Below, piece by piece: positions 55,501 to 64,000 of a DNA stretch of 64,000 nt. Source of the DNA: Phoronis australis (taxonomy: Eukaryota > Animalia > Phoronida); NCBI GenBank assembly GCA_002633005.1, contig NMRA01000112.1:823063-887062 (forward strand). The letters are read 5' to 3'. The position numbers and the translations under genes are program-made. The notes under the pieces are model-generated. The model ran no database searches and had not been told where the DNA came from. It saw nothing but the letters and a program-made list of their open reading frames with translations. Position 1 is the first letter of the stretch, and the number at the start of each line of letters is the position of its first letter.

Positions 55501-58500
55501 TCGTATTTCAGGTTTACAACGACTCTTGCATGCATGATGGACCTGCATTACTATCCGTTGGACGAACAGAATTGTACAGTGGAAATAGAAAGCTGTGAGT
55601 TTGTGCCAATAAACAATGTAAACATTTTCATGATTGATCTTGATCTGGCAACATAACGCAATTACAGGATTATTGAATCGCATGAATGCCAGTGAATTTT
55701 ACAATGAGTTCGATTTATTGCAAAAAGTGATGTTCGAAAACACTTTCAACTCTGATTTCCGTAATATAGCGTCAATTTCGTGGAATGACAAGTGGAAAAA
55801 TATATCCATAGACGTATTCAATAAATCATGTTGCCATCGTTACTTTTTAATTATGCATCCGCCATGATATTTATACTGCTGAAAATCAGATCAAGTGTTA
55901 TTAATAACATAGTTTTGTTTACTGTGTGTATATATTTGGAGAGTTTTTGTTTCACACCGCTCTAATTGTCAAATAAAGAATCATGGTGGGTCGAACTTTA
56001 AGCATTGCGAAATCCGTTCCTTCTTGATGGCGCAACTACATGTAATACTGGCATGAATGTGTTCACGTCACTTCCGCTTCAGACGGTTATCCAATGGAGG
56101 AAGTTGACATGCACTGGAAGGACGGGCTTTCGTCAATTGTTGGTGTTGAGAAGGTCGAACTTCCACAGTTCACAGTGTCACATTACGAAGTTCACACGAG
56201 AGTGCAGACATTGGCAACTGGTGAGTTAAACCGTACCAAACATTTTTCTTGCTATTAAAAATCCAACATTCTGAAAATGGGGACTGGTCGTAGCCAATTT
56301 TTTCTACGATTTGACATAAGCAACAGAGTGAAATATTTGATTAAAAAGAGTAATTGCTCACCGAGTAGAATCACTAGAATAGTCTGACAGCATATTACTT
56401 TCTCATGGCTTAGACGAGGTACACACTCGGTTGTAAAGCCGAAAACCGTGCTCGGGAGATCACTGTTGGATGGGATAGATAAAGTTCGTGTATTTATCAT
56501 ATCTAAAAACAACAATTTCTGTTGCGTTTTGTTTGGTTCTATTACACTATCGTCAAATCTTGCCTTCTGGTGCCCGTCAGTGATGCTAATGATTTTCAGT
56601 TAAATATAATTAAAACACTCTTACTATTTAACTGTTTAACCTCACCAGTAAAGGGTCGAACTATGACCGTTGAGGTAGTAAGTTCGAATCAGTCTTGGGC
56701 TGATCTGAAAAGAAATCTCAGCGATTGTGTCAATTTAGGGAATTTCCAGAGTACTTGAGTACATAAGTAAATGAACTGTGGTTTTCAATACAAAAATGGT
56801 AATGTAGTAGCACATGCCTCATTTCTTCAATGAACTTCGAGTCATTGACACGTCAAAATTCCTGACGCTGGACATCAGATGTGATGACAAAACGTTGCAA
56901 CTGGAAGCTACTCTACATCTCACTTGAGTAAATATTGGCCAATAACAGCATTTGCCATGTTAAAGAGGCTCGCAGATACATGTGATCTTCCCTGCCTGTC
57001 TACTCCTTGTTGAGAACTTACAGGCAATTAGTCTGTTTTTTCGTTCTATTTTCTGTTGGATAAACGTTGTCTGCATTAAACACATGTAGGTTACATGAAG
57101 TTAAAGGGATCATGACTTATAGACGCAGGAATACAAAAGCATTGCATTGAAGAAAACGAAATTATTCTTTCGTTGCTTCAGGTTCCTACAAGCGTCTGTC
57201 GTTGCTGTTTTGTTTACGGCGGAGCATCGGTTACTTCATCTTCCAGACGTATCTACCTTCCTGTCTCATCGTTATGCTATCATGGGTGTCTTTCTGGATA
57301 AATCACGAGGCCACCTCGGCGAGGGTAGCTTTGGGTTTGTATGGTTCAAAATAGTACTATTGAAGTTCGTCGATATCAATGCTGGTGCTGTTGACGTCTG
57401 TAAACTCCCTTTTTGTATCGAATAGTTGTTATAGCTGTTGTGTACTTGCCTTCGGCGATTTTCGATGTCAGAAAACACAAAGGATTTTTGACGCCAGTTG
57501 CAACCTTACCATTTGTATCAGCTTGCACAGCATTAAACCCAGTGATGACTATTGGTGTTGGGAGCATCTGACCAACCGTTGTTGCTGAAGACCTGCCTCA
57601 ATTAATTCAAATTCGTATATTGTCACTGCAAGCGCCGGAAGTAACATGGCTGCCATTCGAGGGAATTGTTCGCTACGGAAATGATCACGTGGTTAGGACA
57701 GACTAGTGGCCATGTTAGGTACAATTAGTGACTTGACGATGAAGTCCACCATTCGAAACCGTGGTCTCTACCACTGCAATACTCCTTATTTTCAAAATTG
57801 CGTCTGTTCATTGCAGGCATCACCACTGTTCTCACCATGACTACCATCAGTACCGGCGTTAGATCAACTCTACCCAGAATATCCTACGTCAAGGCCATTG
57901 ACATCTACTTAGTTATGTGCTTCGTTTTCGTATTCGCCGCTCTGTTGGAATACGCCGCTGTAAATTACACGTATTGGGGGAACAGGGCTAAGAAAAAGTC
58001 GAAGAAGAATAAGAACAATAACGCCTCCTCGGTGACAAATTCAAAGAATCACGAAGCTGTCATGGAGGCAAGTAGAATCCGGTTTTATTTGTGAGTGAGC
58101 AGTTCATGGTCACTTTTCTATTTCAAAGTGGGAAAATTTTAACTGTTTGTTAATAACATCATTTATTTAAAGCTTCTATAACTTTATTGACTGATTTTAT
58201 TACATTCAGTCAGAACTATATTTTCGATTTTTGCAAACTATGAGGACGATTGAATGAGAATAAAAGGCCTAATTCACTGTTTGTTTTAAGCCAGCCACTA
58301 AACATGGAGCTTTAGTTTTATAAAATTACAACGCGATGATTTTAACTGAGATATTGAATCAATTTGTACGTAATACATATGATAAATGATTTTTTTCAGT
58401 CTGGAGAAAAAATCGAAATGCAGGACATACGTTATTCACCTATACTTAGCATACGTAACAAACACCACGGCTCTAACTGTGATAACAGCGACGAGGAACC

Positions 58501-58819
58501 GAATAACTCGCAACCAAGTTATCGCATCCAGACCACTGTTCCCCGTGCGTCATATCCGGTTAGATCGAGGAGCAGTCTTGGTTTACGTAGACGGTCAAAC
58601 AACAGTAGCTTTTCGTCAATAAATAAAAAGAAAGTTTCTTTCACAACTTTAAAACAAAAATACAAAGAACTGAAAGACAGGATACCGTCTGTAAAAGATG
58701 TCAACAAGATCGACAAATATTCGAGAATTGTCTTTCCGTCGTTGTTTATAGTGTTTAATGTTTTCTACTGGGGGTTTTATTTAATGGTACCACCGACCGT
58801 AGCGGCTGAGGAACCATGA
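22459..58819 (+). CDS. Lcch3: GABA-gated Cys-loop ion channel beta-like subunit (LCCH3 / molluscan GABA-A beta orthologue). 9 exons: 22459-22511, 23443-23531, 48136-48203, 49380-49603, 55512-55594, 56083-56220, 57182-57334, 57817-58067, 58400-58819; 492 aa
   Basis: Hand-spliced exons join in frame (1479 nt incl. stop). Motifs: [43 protein letters not shown], Cys-loop [16 protein letters not shown]1 [13 protein letters not shown]2 [24 protein letters not shown]3 [27 protein letters not shown]4 [21 protein letters not shown]. Exon sizes 68/83/138/153 nt match the conserved GABA-A exon architecture. Confidence 0.95.
23443..23531 (+). CDS. Lcch3: Exon 2 [29 protein letters not shown]
   Basis: Acceptor tttcag, donor G|GTGAGT; canonical N-terminal helix and YDIRLRP motif. 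Confidence 0.93.
25670..26040 (+). repeat. Degenerate (GAT/GAC)n tract
   Basis: Direct inspection; includes a pure (GAT)n run near 25880. Confidence 0.9.
30560..31250 (-). mobile_element. Possible Kolobok/Mutator-like DNA transposase relic
   Basis: Frameshifted minus-strand peptides VGNLATYGN (like LxTDRH), SVADNL/HWCTAS (like SIxNHLxWCAAS) and RRTIAGI, in the expected order. Confidence 0.35.
31410..31635 (+). repeat. Degenerate (GAT/GAC)n tract
   Basis: Direct inspection. Confidence 0.85.
33220..33540 (+). repeat. Degenerate (GAT/GAC)n tract
   Basis: Direct inspection. Confidence 0.85.
35963..36755. mobile_element. Possible ~790-bp TIR element
   Basis: Ends CTAAGACCGCACTA / TACTGTGGCCTTAG are imperfect inverted repeats. 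Confidence 0.3.
37425..37835. mobile_element. Palindromic MITE (~75-bp arms, central AACTCGAAATTTCGAGTT)
   Basis: 37445-37512 is the imperfect reverse complement of 37738-37810. A homologous copy lies in opposite orientation at ~7760-8085. Confidence 0.7.
41415..42480. mobile_element. Foldback/MITE with ~350-bp imperfect inverted arms and TA at both ends
   Basis: Arms 41415-41770 and 41943-42480 are reverse complements (AAGATGGCAGACGATT/AATCGTCTGCCATCTT; CCGCCATTTG/CAAATGGCGG; TAGTCG...CGACTA). Confidence 0.8.
42185..42344. mobile_element. 160-bp non-autonomous DNA element with a 5-bp direct repeat (TGTTC)
   Basis: Ends CAGTAGCAGATT...GAATCCTCCCCTG with TGTTC on both flanks. A related end occurs in reverse orientation at 52164-52225. 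Confidence 0.7.
43527..43890. mobile_element. MITE with long inverted arms (duplicated at ~45735-46098; homologous arm at ~49112-49285)
   Basis: TATACGCCCAAGGTACGATATCCATGCGACTTGTATTGTTATA pairs with TATAACAATACAGGTCTCATGAAAATCGTACCTTGGGCGTATA. Confidence 0.7.
48136..48203 (+). CDS. Lcch3: Exon 3 (68 nt) [22 protein letters not shown]
   Basis: Acceptor ttttgtag, donor ATG|GTAAGC; conserved 68-nt exon. Confidence 0.95.
49380..49603 (+). CDS. Lcch3: Exon 4 (224 nt) [17 protein letters not shown]...[40 protein letters not shown]
   Basis: Acceptor ttcacag, donor AG|GTAGAT; loops D, A and E. Confidence 0.96.
49636..51402 (+). repeat. 0.88-kb tandem duplication (49636-50520 and 50522-51402) separated by a single N
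   Basis: Near-identical copies; junction ggtattaaaaNactggcag at 50521. Confidence 0.95.
52164..52320. mobile_element. End of the same small-element family plus (GGGGAGAGAT)3
   Basis: CACTGGCGGATCTAGGATTTTGAGTTAGGGGGGGCCAGGGCAGAGTATT resembles the reverse complement of 42285-42344. Confidence 0.6.
53160..53660 (-). mobile_element. hAT transposase relic (TTF-type zinc finger plus DUF4371-like fragment, internally deleted)
   Basis: Minus-strand peptides [38 protein letters not shown]...[12 protein letters not shown]. Confidence 0.5.
55512..55594 (+). CDS. Lcch3: Exon 5 (83 nt), Cys-loop [27 protein letters not shown]
   Basis: Acceptor tttcag, donor T|GTGAGT; C-x13-C signature. Confidence 0.97.
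56083..56220 (+). CDS. Lcch3: Exon 6 (138 nt) [46 protein letters not shown]
   Basis: Acceptor gcttcag, donor G|GTGAGT; loop B, ELPQF motif, loop C. Confidence 0.95.
57182..57334 (+). CDS. Lcch3: Exon 7 (153 nt) [51 protein letters not shown]
   Basis: Acceptor gcttcag, donor G|GTTTGT; M1 and start of M2. Confidence 0.96.
57817..58067 (+). CDS. Lcch3: Exon 8: M2, M3 and start of the intracellular loop; ends at a putative GC donor
   Basis: Acceptor ttgcag; [32 protein letters not shown]...EAVME. GAG|GCAAGT is the strongest phase-0 donor before the in-frame stop at 58092. Confidence 0.88.
58400..58819 (+). CDS. Lcch3: Exon 9: intracellular loop with an RRRS kinase-site-like motif, M4 and stop
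   Basis: Acceptor ttttttcag; [12 protein letters not shown]...LRRRSNN...[40 protein letters not shown]. Confidence 0.93.
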   Translation, partial: SGEKIEMQDIRYSPILSIRNKHHGSNCDNSDEEPNNSQPSYRIQTTVPRASYPVRSRSSLGLRRRSNNSSFSSINKKKVSFTTLKQKYKELKDRIPSVKDVNKIDKYSRIVFPSLFIVFNVFYWGFYLMVPPTVAAEEP

Positions 58820-60621
58820 GAGAGAAAAACGATGGAAATGTTCAAGTGGTATGAAATGTGATATAGTGCAAATATTTGTATATTTTTATCAGTTGTGTTG
58901 CTACCAGGTGTGGGGTTACAAACTGTGAATTGTACGATTTGCTGTGCAGTACAAGACAGAAGTAATCAGACAAAATACCGTTTCGCCCTCATGACAGCAA
59001 ATTCTAGTAACAATACGAATGACTGGAAATTACCATTAAGTCATCAGGATTCTGCTTACCAAATGGCTGGCCTGTTCACCCCCCTTGGTCATGAGGAATG
59101 ACTACTCTGACGACGAATCCGGCTTCCGCCCAGCCGCCATGACGGGGAATTCTGGGTCATTTTGTCTGAATACTCTACGTGATTTATACATTATACACCA
59201 GAGCAGTGCACCTGCTGTACGCGATTCCAAGTAGTGCTATGTTTTGCAGAATTAGTGCCACGACGCATGATATAGTCATTAATTTCCAATTATTCCAATA
59301 TGTTATAAATCCGTAATGTAAGAATTGTTAAAATTAAAAATAATATGGTGGTGCGAACATTTCTGATGGGTACTAGTCATTTACAGGAGTCCCGGAGTTT
59401 GATAACCAGTGATATTCAAACAGGTTCTCAAAATTTTGGATCATTTAAGTGACTATTACCTGTTTGTGAAAACATGTAGTTCACAAATTTCCCATTTGTT
59501 ATTAAAGCATTACCAAAATGCTTAATAATTATCGTTTGAAAGATAGACAGACTCTGATACGCATGAACGTGCGCATCCAAGAACACTACATGTATTTACT
59601 AGTGTGTCACCTGCTGACTTTGCAAGCTACAGCATGTTTCTGCTTCCAAGGGAATACCCCAGAATCCAATGCACATCCGTGGTTTTCCTCTATCTATAAA
59701 AGTTCATCTGCAAGGCAATCTGTATACACTTGTGAAGTACGACTTGAAAATAGGTTTATATGCATCAGTGTTCTTTAGTTTCACTCTATCAGTTACCAAT
59801 ACCATTATCAAGAACAGTTTCCAGTGGAAGAAATACACTCTCATCAACAACTCATGAACAGGCCGGAAATGAATGCCGAAAAAGTACCGCAGTAGGACAA
59901 TCTTTCGGTTATGTCAATTTTGTAACAAAATTGGGCCTTAAAAATGTGAAACGTTGAGTTTCCTTATGGTTATTTAACTTATTTTACGTTGGTCAACTCC
60001 TTCACTTCTAACTTCAGACGTCCTTTCAAAAATTGCGCAAGTGTTTAGATTGTGTCCGTCCCCCATCAACCCAAGGAGTACGTGGCTAATTTTGAGCTAA
60101 CCATGGAGAGATTACTGAAATAGGATAAAATGTTGGGACCTTTAACGCTTGTTAAACTTAACTCGGGGATGGTCACATCGAAAAAAAATCCTTCTCAGTT
60201 TTGGAGATTTATTTTTCACGGTACCCTATTGCAGTTATCGAATGACAATTTGCATTCCGGTGACATGGCATGAAGAATAGGGCTGTGTTGTCTTGGCAGA
60301 GGGCTGCACTTCGACACCATTCTCGTTATAATTAATTATAGTTGTGTACCGTGTAAATTACCTTTGTAAATTTGTTATACTCAAGTTATAGAATAGAGTG
60401 TCCGTTAATATAAAAAACAGTGCTGAACGTGTACTCAGTCTTTTGGCTGCAATACATATAAATTATGAGGCTTGATTTCGTGCTAGATCAGTGCTGCTCA
60501 TGTTGCTGCAGTGCCATCTATTTGCAGCTTGTCAATTGTTTATTCACGGATGCACATTATGTGCATTTTATAATTAGTATAGTTCAAGTCAGTTCTAACT
60601 CTTTTGTTCCAACATTATGTA

Positions 60622-60631
60622 AATAAATAAA
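60622..60631 (+). terminator. Candidate polyadenylation signal (overlapping AATAAA x2), implying a ~1.8-kb 3' UTR
   Basis: tgtaAATAAATAAAtcg is the first canonical AATAAA I saw after the stop; TGTA lies immediately upstream. ATTAAA variants occur earlier. Confidence 0.4.
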
Positions 60632-61945
60632 TCGTTGACTATTATCGCTTGCGTATATCATAACACACAAGACTTCTAAATTTGTTGATTGGCTACCTTC
60701 GGAGTCGAGTGTAAAAAGGGCACTGGTCACGTTCACAGAACTTTCGACCCCGTCTCTAAAATGTAAGGGAGAAAGCAACCTGCTTTCATGTCAGTTTCAG
60801 TAAAAATAAGGATCGTTGATTATCCCAGATATATTTTTAGTTAATAACGCTACCCGTAATTTTATTAATTAATCGTGCCTTAACTCCGGAAGTGACGTTT
60901 AAGAGATTAAGGATTTCCCACCATTTAGTTTTCATATAGTCTGATTGTGTGACATGTCGGTTGTGATAAGTTCGGTTGTCGTTTGCGTTTGTTTACGAGT
61001 CAGTCAATACATGTATGCCGCACGTTTACTTCGTGCCGGGGTGTTCTCATTATCCTCTCACGTACTTTGGGTATACGCCATTACACCACTTTCCAAAAGA
61101 TGACACGTTCAACCGTACTTGACTAGTTCGTGTGATGAACACAGATTTACCGTTCACGCAACGAACAAAAAATGAATACGTCCGAAATCAGTCTCTGCCT
61201 CATCCCTATCAACAACTGCCTGTATTCTACTTGACTATATTCGGGCTCAAACATATATCCACCCACTGCTACTAAAAGCAAGTATATTCCTAAACCAACG
61301 TAATTGAGTTCTCTAACGCCCTAGCGTGTCGCAGAATACTCGTCGTTGGGAAGTAGTGACGACAATTTTTGGAAACCAGCTCAAAAACGACTATAGAATA
61401 GATCCTCACAGTACCCCAGCCTTCCGCTTTTAGCGAAACAGACTGGGTTCGGAAAATAGGGAACTTTGGAAAACGATGGCTGGAAAGCCACACCGATATC
61501 CAAGACTGTATCGTTTAGTTGTTTGGGAGTTTTGTCCCGTTTTTGATATCGCACTAATCCTTAACTTTGTGTCACCATACTCTCTCTAGCACAGGCATAC
61601 CTGTCAGTGACACTTAGGTCACGTTCTGCCAAGTTTCTTGCGATAAAAGTGAGTTCATGCGTGACCGCCCATACCACACAAAGGCAAGGCGAGTACTTCG
61701 TAGGTATGTTCGAGACTTTCCAAACGTAACATAGCAAAATAGCAGTCACAGAAGTGATTGATCGCCAAGGTAATTCTGGAATAGAACTAGCTGCTTCCAC
61801 TTCCCGTGCAGAGATTTTTTGTCGCACGTGTATGACGGTTATTGCATCTTCCAAACACAGTCCTAATTTTAGGCTTTACATTGCATTGCAACTTTCTTGT
61901 CTTATTTGTGACACAAATTCAATCTTATAGCAACGCACGCTTTTA

Positions 61946-62016
61946 CATGGGCGGCGCAGCACTGAAAAAAGTGGGGGGCTAAAGCCCCCTCGGCGCCCTA
62001 TGGTGCGCCGCCAATG
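61946..62016 (+). mobile_element. 71-bp hairpin mini-element monomer
   Basis: TIR CATGGGCGGCGCA...TGCGCCGCCAATG, internal GGGGGCTAAAGCCCCC hairpin, TTTTA on both flanks. Confidence 0.7.
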
Positions 62017-62307
62017 TTTTAAGCCGGAGAATCGTTATCGATAACTCATCAGATGTCTTAGCCGGTTAATCCACAGGAACTACCGAATTGAATCAAGTGG
62101 AACCTTTTATTACATGGACGAGTAATGCATTTCTTGTACAACAACTAATGCGAAGGATATACGAAAACGTCATGTTAAGCCATAAACATACCTTTAAACA
62201 GATTATGTCTAGTCTACTTCTTGGGGGTGCTAACGAGACAGTTATTCGCTCTAAATATTGCAAGAATTCCTAGAAAAATTCACTATTTTTGATACATACT
62301 AGTAGAA

Positions 62308-64000
62308 ATTACAACTAACTACTTAAAAAAGTAAAGCACCTTCATATTTTTTAGGATAACTTCACGAAAGAATAATAAATTAAGATAGTTGTTTCACCTG
62401 GATAAATTTTAATTCAAGACAACATCTTTGGATATCACATTTGCTTGAAATTTTTGTGGTACAAATTTTATTTTTTAGTTCAAAAACAAAAGTCACAAAA
62501 TGGGGGCCTGCCATAATTTAACACTAATCCGTTCGATTCCAGCCTATCTCATCAGTATCGTGTACTGTCGCAACCCGCGTTCACCATAGTCGTGCATCTC
62601 TCACGCATACTCCTGTGCCTGGGGATTACTGCCCACTCCTGTTTGAACAGACGCCGGAGGTCCTCCAATGTGTTCTGGTTTGGTACACGACCAGGCAGTC
62701 TTCGACCAAGCTGTTCTATAGGATTCAGGTCAGGACTTGCTGCTACCCATTCTAGTCGCGGTTGAGTTGTTGTTGTAGATGTTGTTCCATGGCCCTTGCG
62801 CGGTGCGGCCTTGCGTTGTCGTCTTGCAGGATACCACTTTGTCCAAGCGCTTAAGGAAATGTTTGTCTAAGGTATTCAAAACTTGAGTGCAATAGCCCTG
62901 GGCACTCAAACTTCCCGTAGATGGACAAATGGAGTTCTTCCGTTGAAGAAAATTCCACCCCACACCATAACACCAGCTCTGTTATATGGTGTCATGCGAG
63001 TAACGCTACAGTTTGCAAATCTTTCGCCTCACCGTTTCCACACAGTGTACCGCAAGCAAAAACGAAAGAACACCACGGTCCTCAACTGTTGCTTGTTCCA
63101 GCGATCGTGTTGCCTACACCATCTCATTCGGGTTTGGTGATGGAAAGCAGTCACAGATGGTTTCCTTGCAGGATGCTTTTGGTCGCTTATGTTGCCTTCG
63201 CAATCTCTCTGTGACTTCTTTGGGTGTAAACTACAGATTGTGCAGCACCAAAGTTCTAAAATGCCTATCTTGATTTTTGAGCAGTAGCGCGTTTACGACC
63301 ATTTTGTGGAGTGTCACGGACAGTACCAGAAGCTCGGTACTTGCAGAGGCGTTTCACTGTACTAATATACACAACAAAGTTGCTGCCGACCTCTCGTTGA
63401 GCAGTGTAAGATTCGAATTGACCGACAACCCGAAGTCTATCATTTTCTGCCATACGTGACATGGTTGACGCCCAAAGTGACTCAGTGGGAATCAGTGATG
63501 CTCCACAGAACGCCATTGACCACCAGCCTGCATCAAGCTCTTGGAGCTCCATACAATAAAGCCATCCATACTTTCATTTATTGACCTATAGACTTTTTCA
63601 TGCACCAGAAGACTGCCAACGCTATGCAGTTTGTTGTTTTCGAATGAGTGGCTTTTCGTTGAATCCGTGTGTGAGTGTTTGGCAAGTCAAGAGGAGTTAC
63701 ATCTTTTAAAAGTGCTTTATTGAGAGACGTGAAACATTTTTCATTGACATTTCCACAGTTCTTCTCTGTTTCAGTTCTAAAAATAAAAAACAAAATGCAT
63801 AGCAAACCTCACAGATACAGACCAAATGCAAATTCGGAAATACCAAATACGAAAACACCATGAAAAATACCTCAATACTGCCGCTCCCTGGCTCTCCTCA
63901 CTGACGCCAAATATGCACTGCCACAATGTGAGTAAATCGAGTCAGCGCACAACACTTATACTGAAAAGAGGGTCAGGTCATATGCAAATTACATTCAGTC
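62308..64000 (-). mobile_element. Degenerate Tc1/mariner element; the other end is probably outside the window
   Basis: Contains the transposase relic; TIR-like TACAACTAACTACTTAAAAAAGTAAAGCACC near 62308. Confidence 0.55.
62552..63462 (-). pseudogene. Tc1-family DD34E transposase pseudogene
   Basis: MSRMAENDRLRVVGQ...STVKRLCKYRASGTVRDTPQNGRKRAT (HTH), VMVWGGIFFNGRT, ILQDDNARPHRAR, LEWVAASPDLNPIE, EWAVIP..SMRERC...STRY*. D-to-E spacing is 34 after correcting one frameshift; several indels. Confidence 0.9.

Noticed and set aside
57313-57324. M2 selectivity motif TSAR instead of the anion-channel PAR
   Set aside because: [10 protein letters not shown] is the normal LCCH3-type sequence, not a novelty.
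57695-57775. tRNA-like segment (TAGTGG...TTCGAAACC...CCA); similar ones near 56645-56700 and 8390-8470
   Set aside because: Cannot be folded into a cloverleaf; at most decayed tRNA-derived SINE heads.
60875-60882. miR-124 8-mer site GTGCCTTA
   Set aside because: Lies downstream of the candidate poly(A) signal, and one 8-mer is expected by chance.
417-63863. Most ORFs in the six-frame track as genes
   Set aside because: Short, low-complexity or TE-derived, many with non-ATG starts. The DNA is intron-containing eukaryotic sequence; only 49401, 57798, 58364 (exons) and a few TE fragments are meaningful.

Overview
Eukaryotic (metazoan, probably marine invertebrate) AT-rich genomic DNA, not prokaryotic, so almost all ORFs in the six-frame track are spurious. 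The main feature is one complete 9-exon, plus-strand gene (22459-58819, 492 aa by hand splicing) for a Cys-loop ligand-gated ion channel of the GABA-A beta-like / insect LCCH3 type. It has a 24.6-kb second intron and apparently a GC-AG final intron whose donor competes with a frameshifting GT donor. Its ligand pocket carries unusual residues (loop B Pro, loop E Arg) and there is an extra extracellular Cys. About 20 kb upstream, on the minus strand, a clean signal-peptide-like exon (2377-2466) suggests a second, divergently transcribed gene running out of the window, possibly a partner subunit. The rest is TE debris: a Tc1 DD34E pseudogene, L2/CR1-type LINE relics, hAT and Kolobok-like relics, foldback MITEs with three-level nesting, and ~70-160 bp elements with 5-bp direct flanks. 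There are also (GAT/CAT)n tracts, a strong excess of the palindrome TACATGTA, and two tandem duplications joined by a single N that are probably haplotype assembly artefacts. I found no convincing wholly new multi-gene system. All family assignments come from remembered motifs, not database searches.
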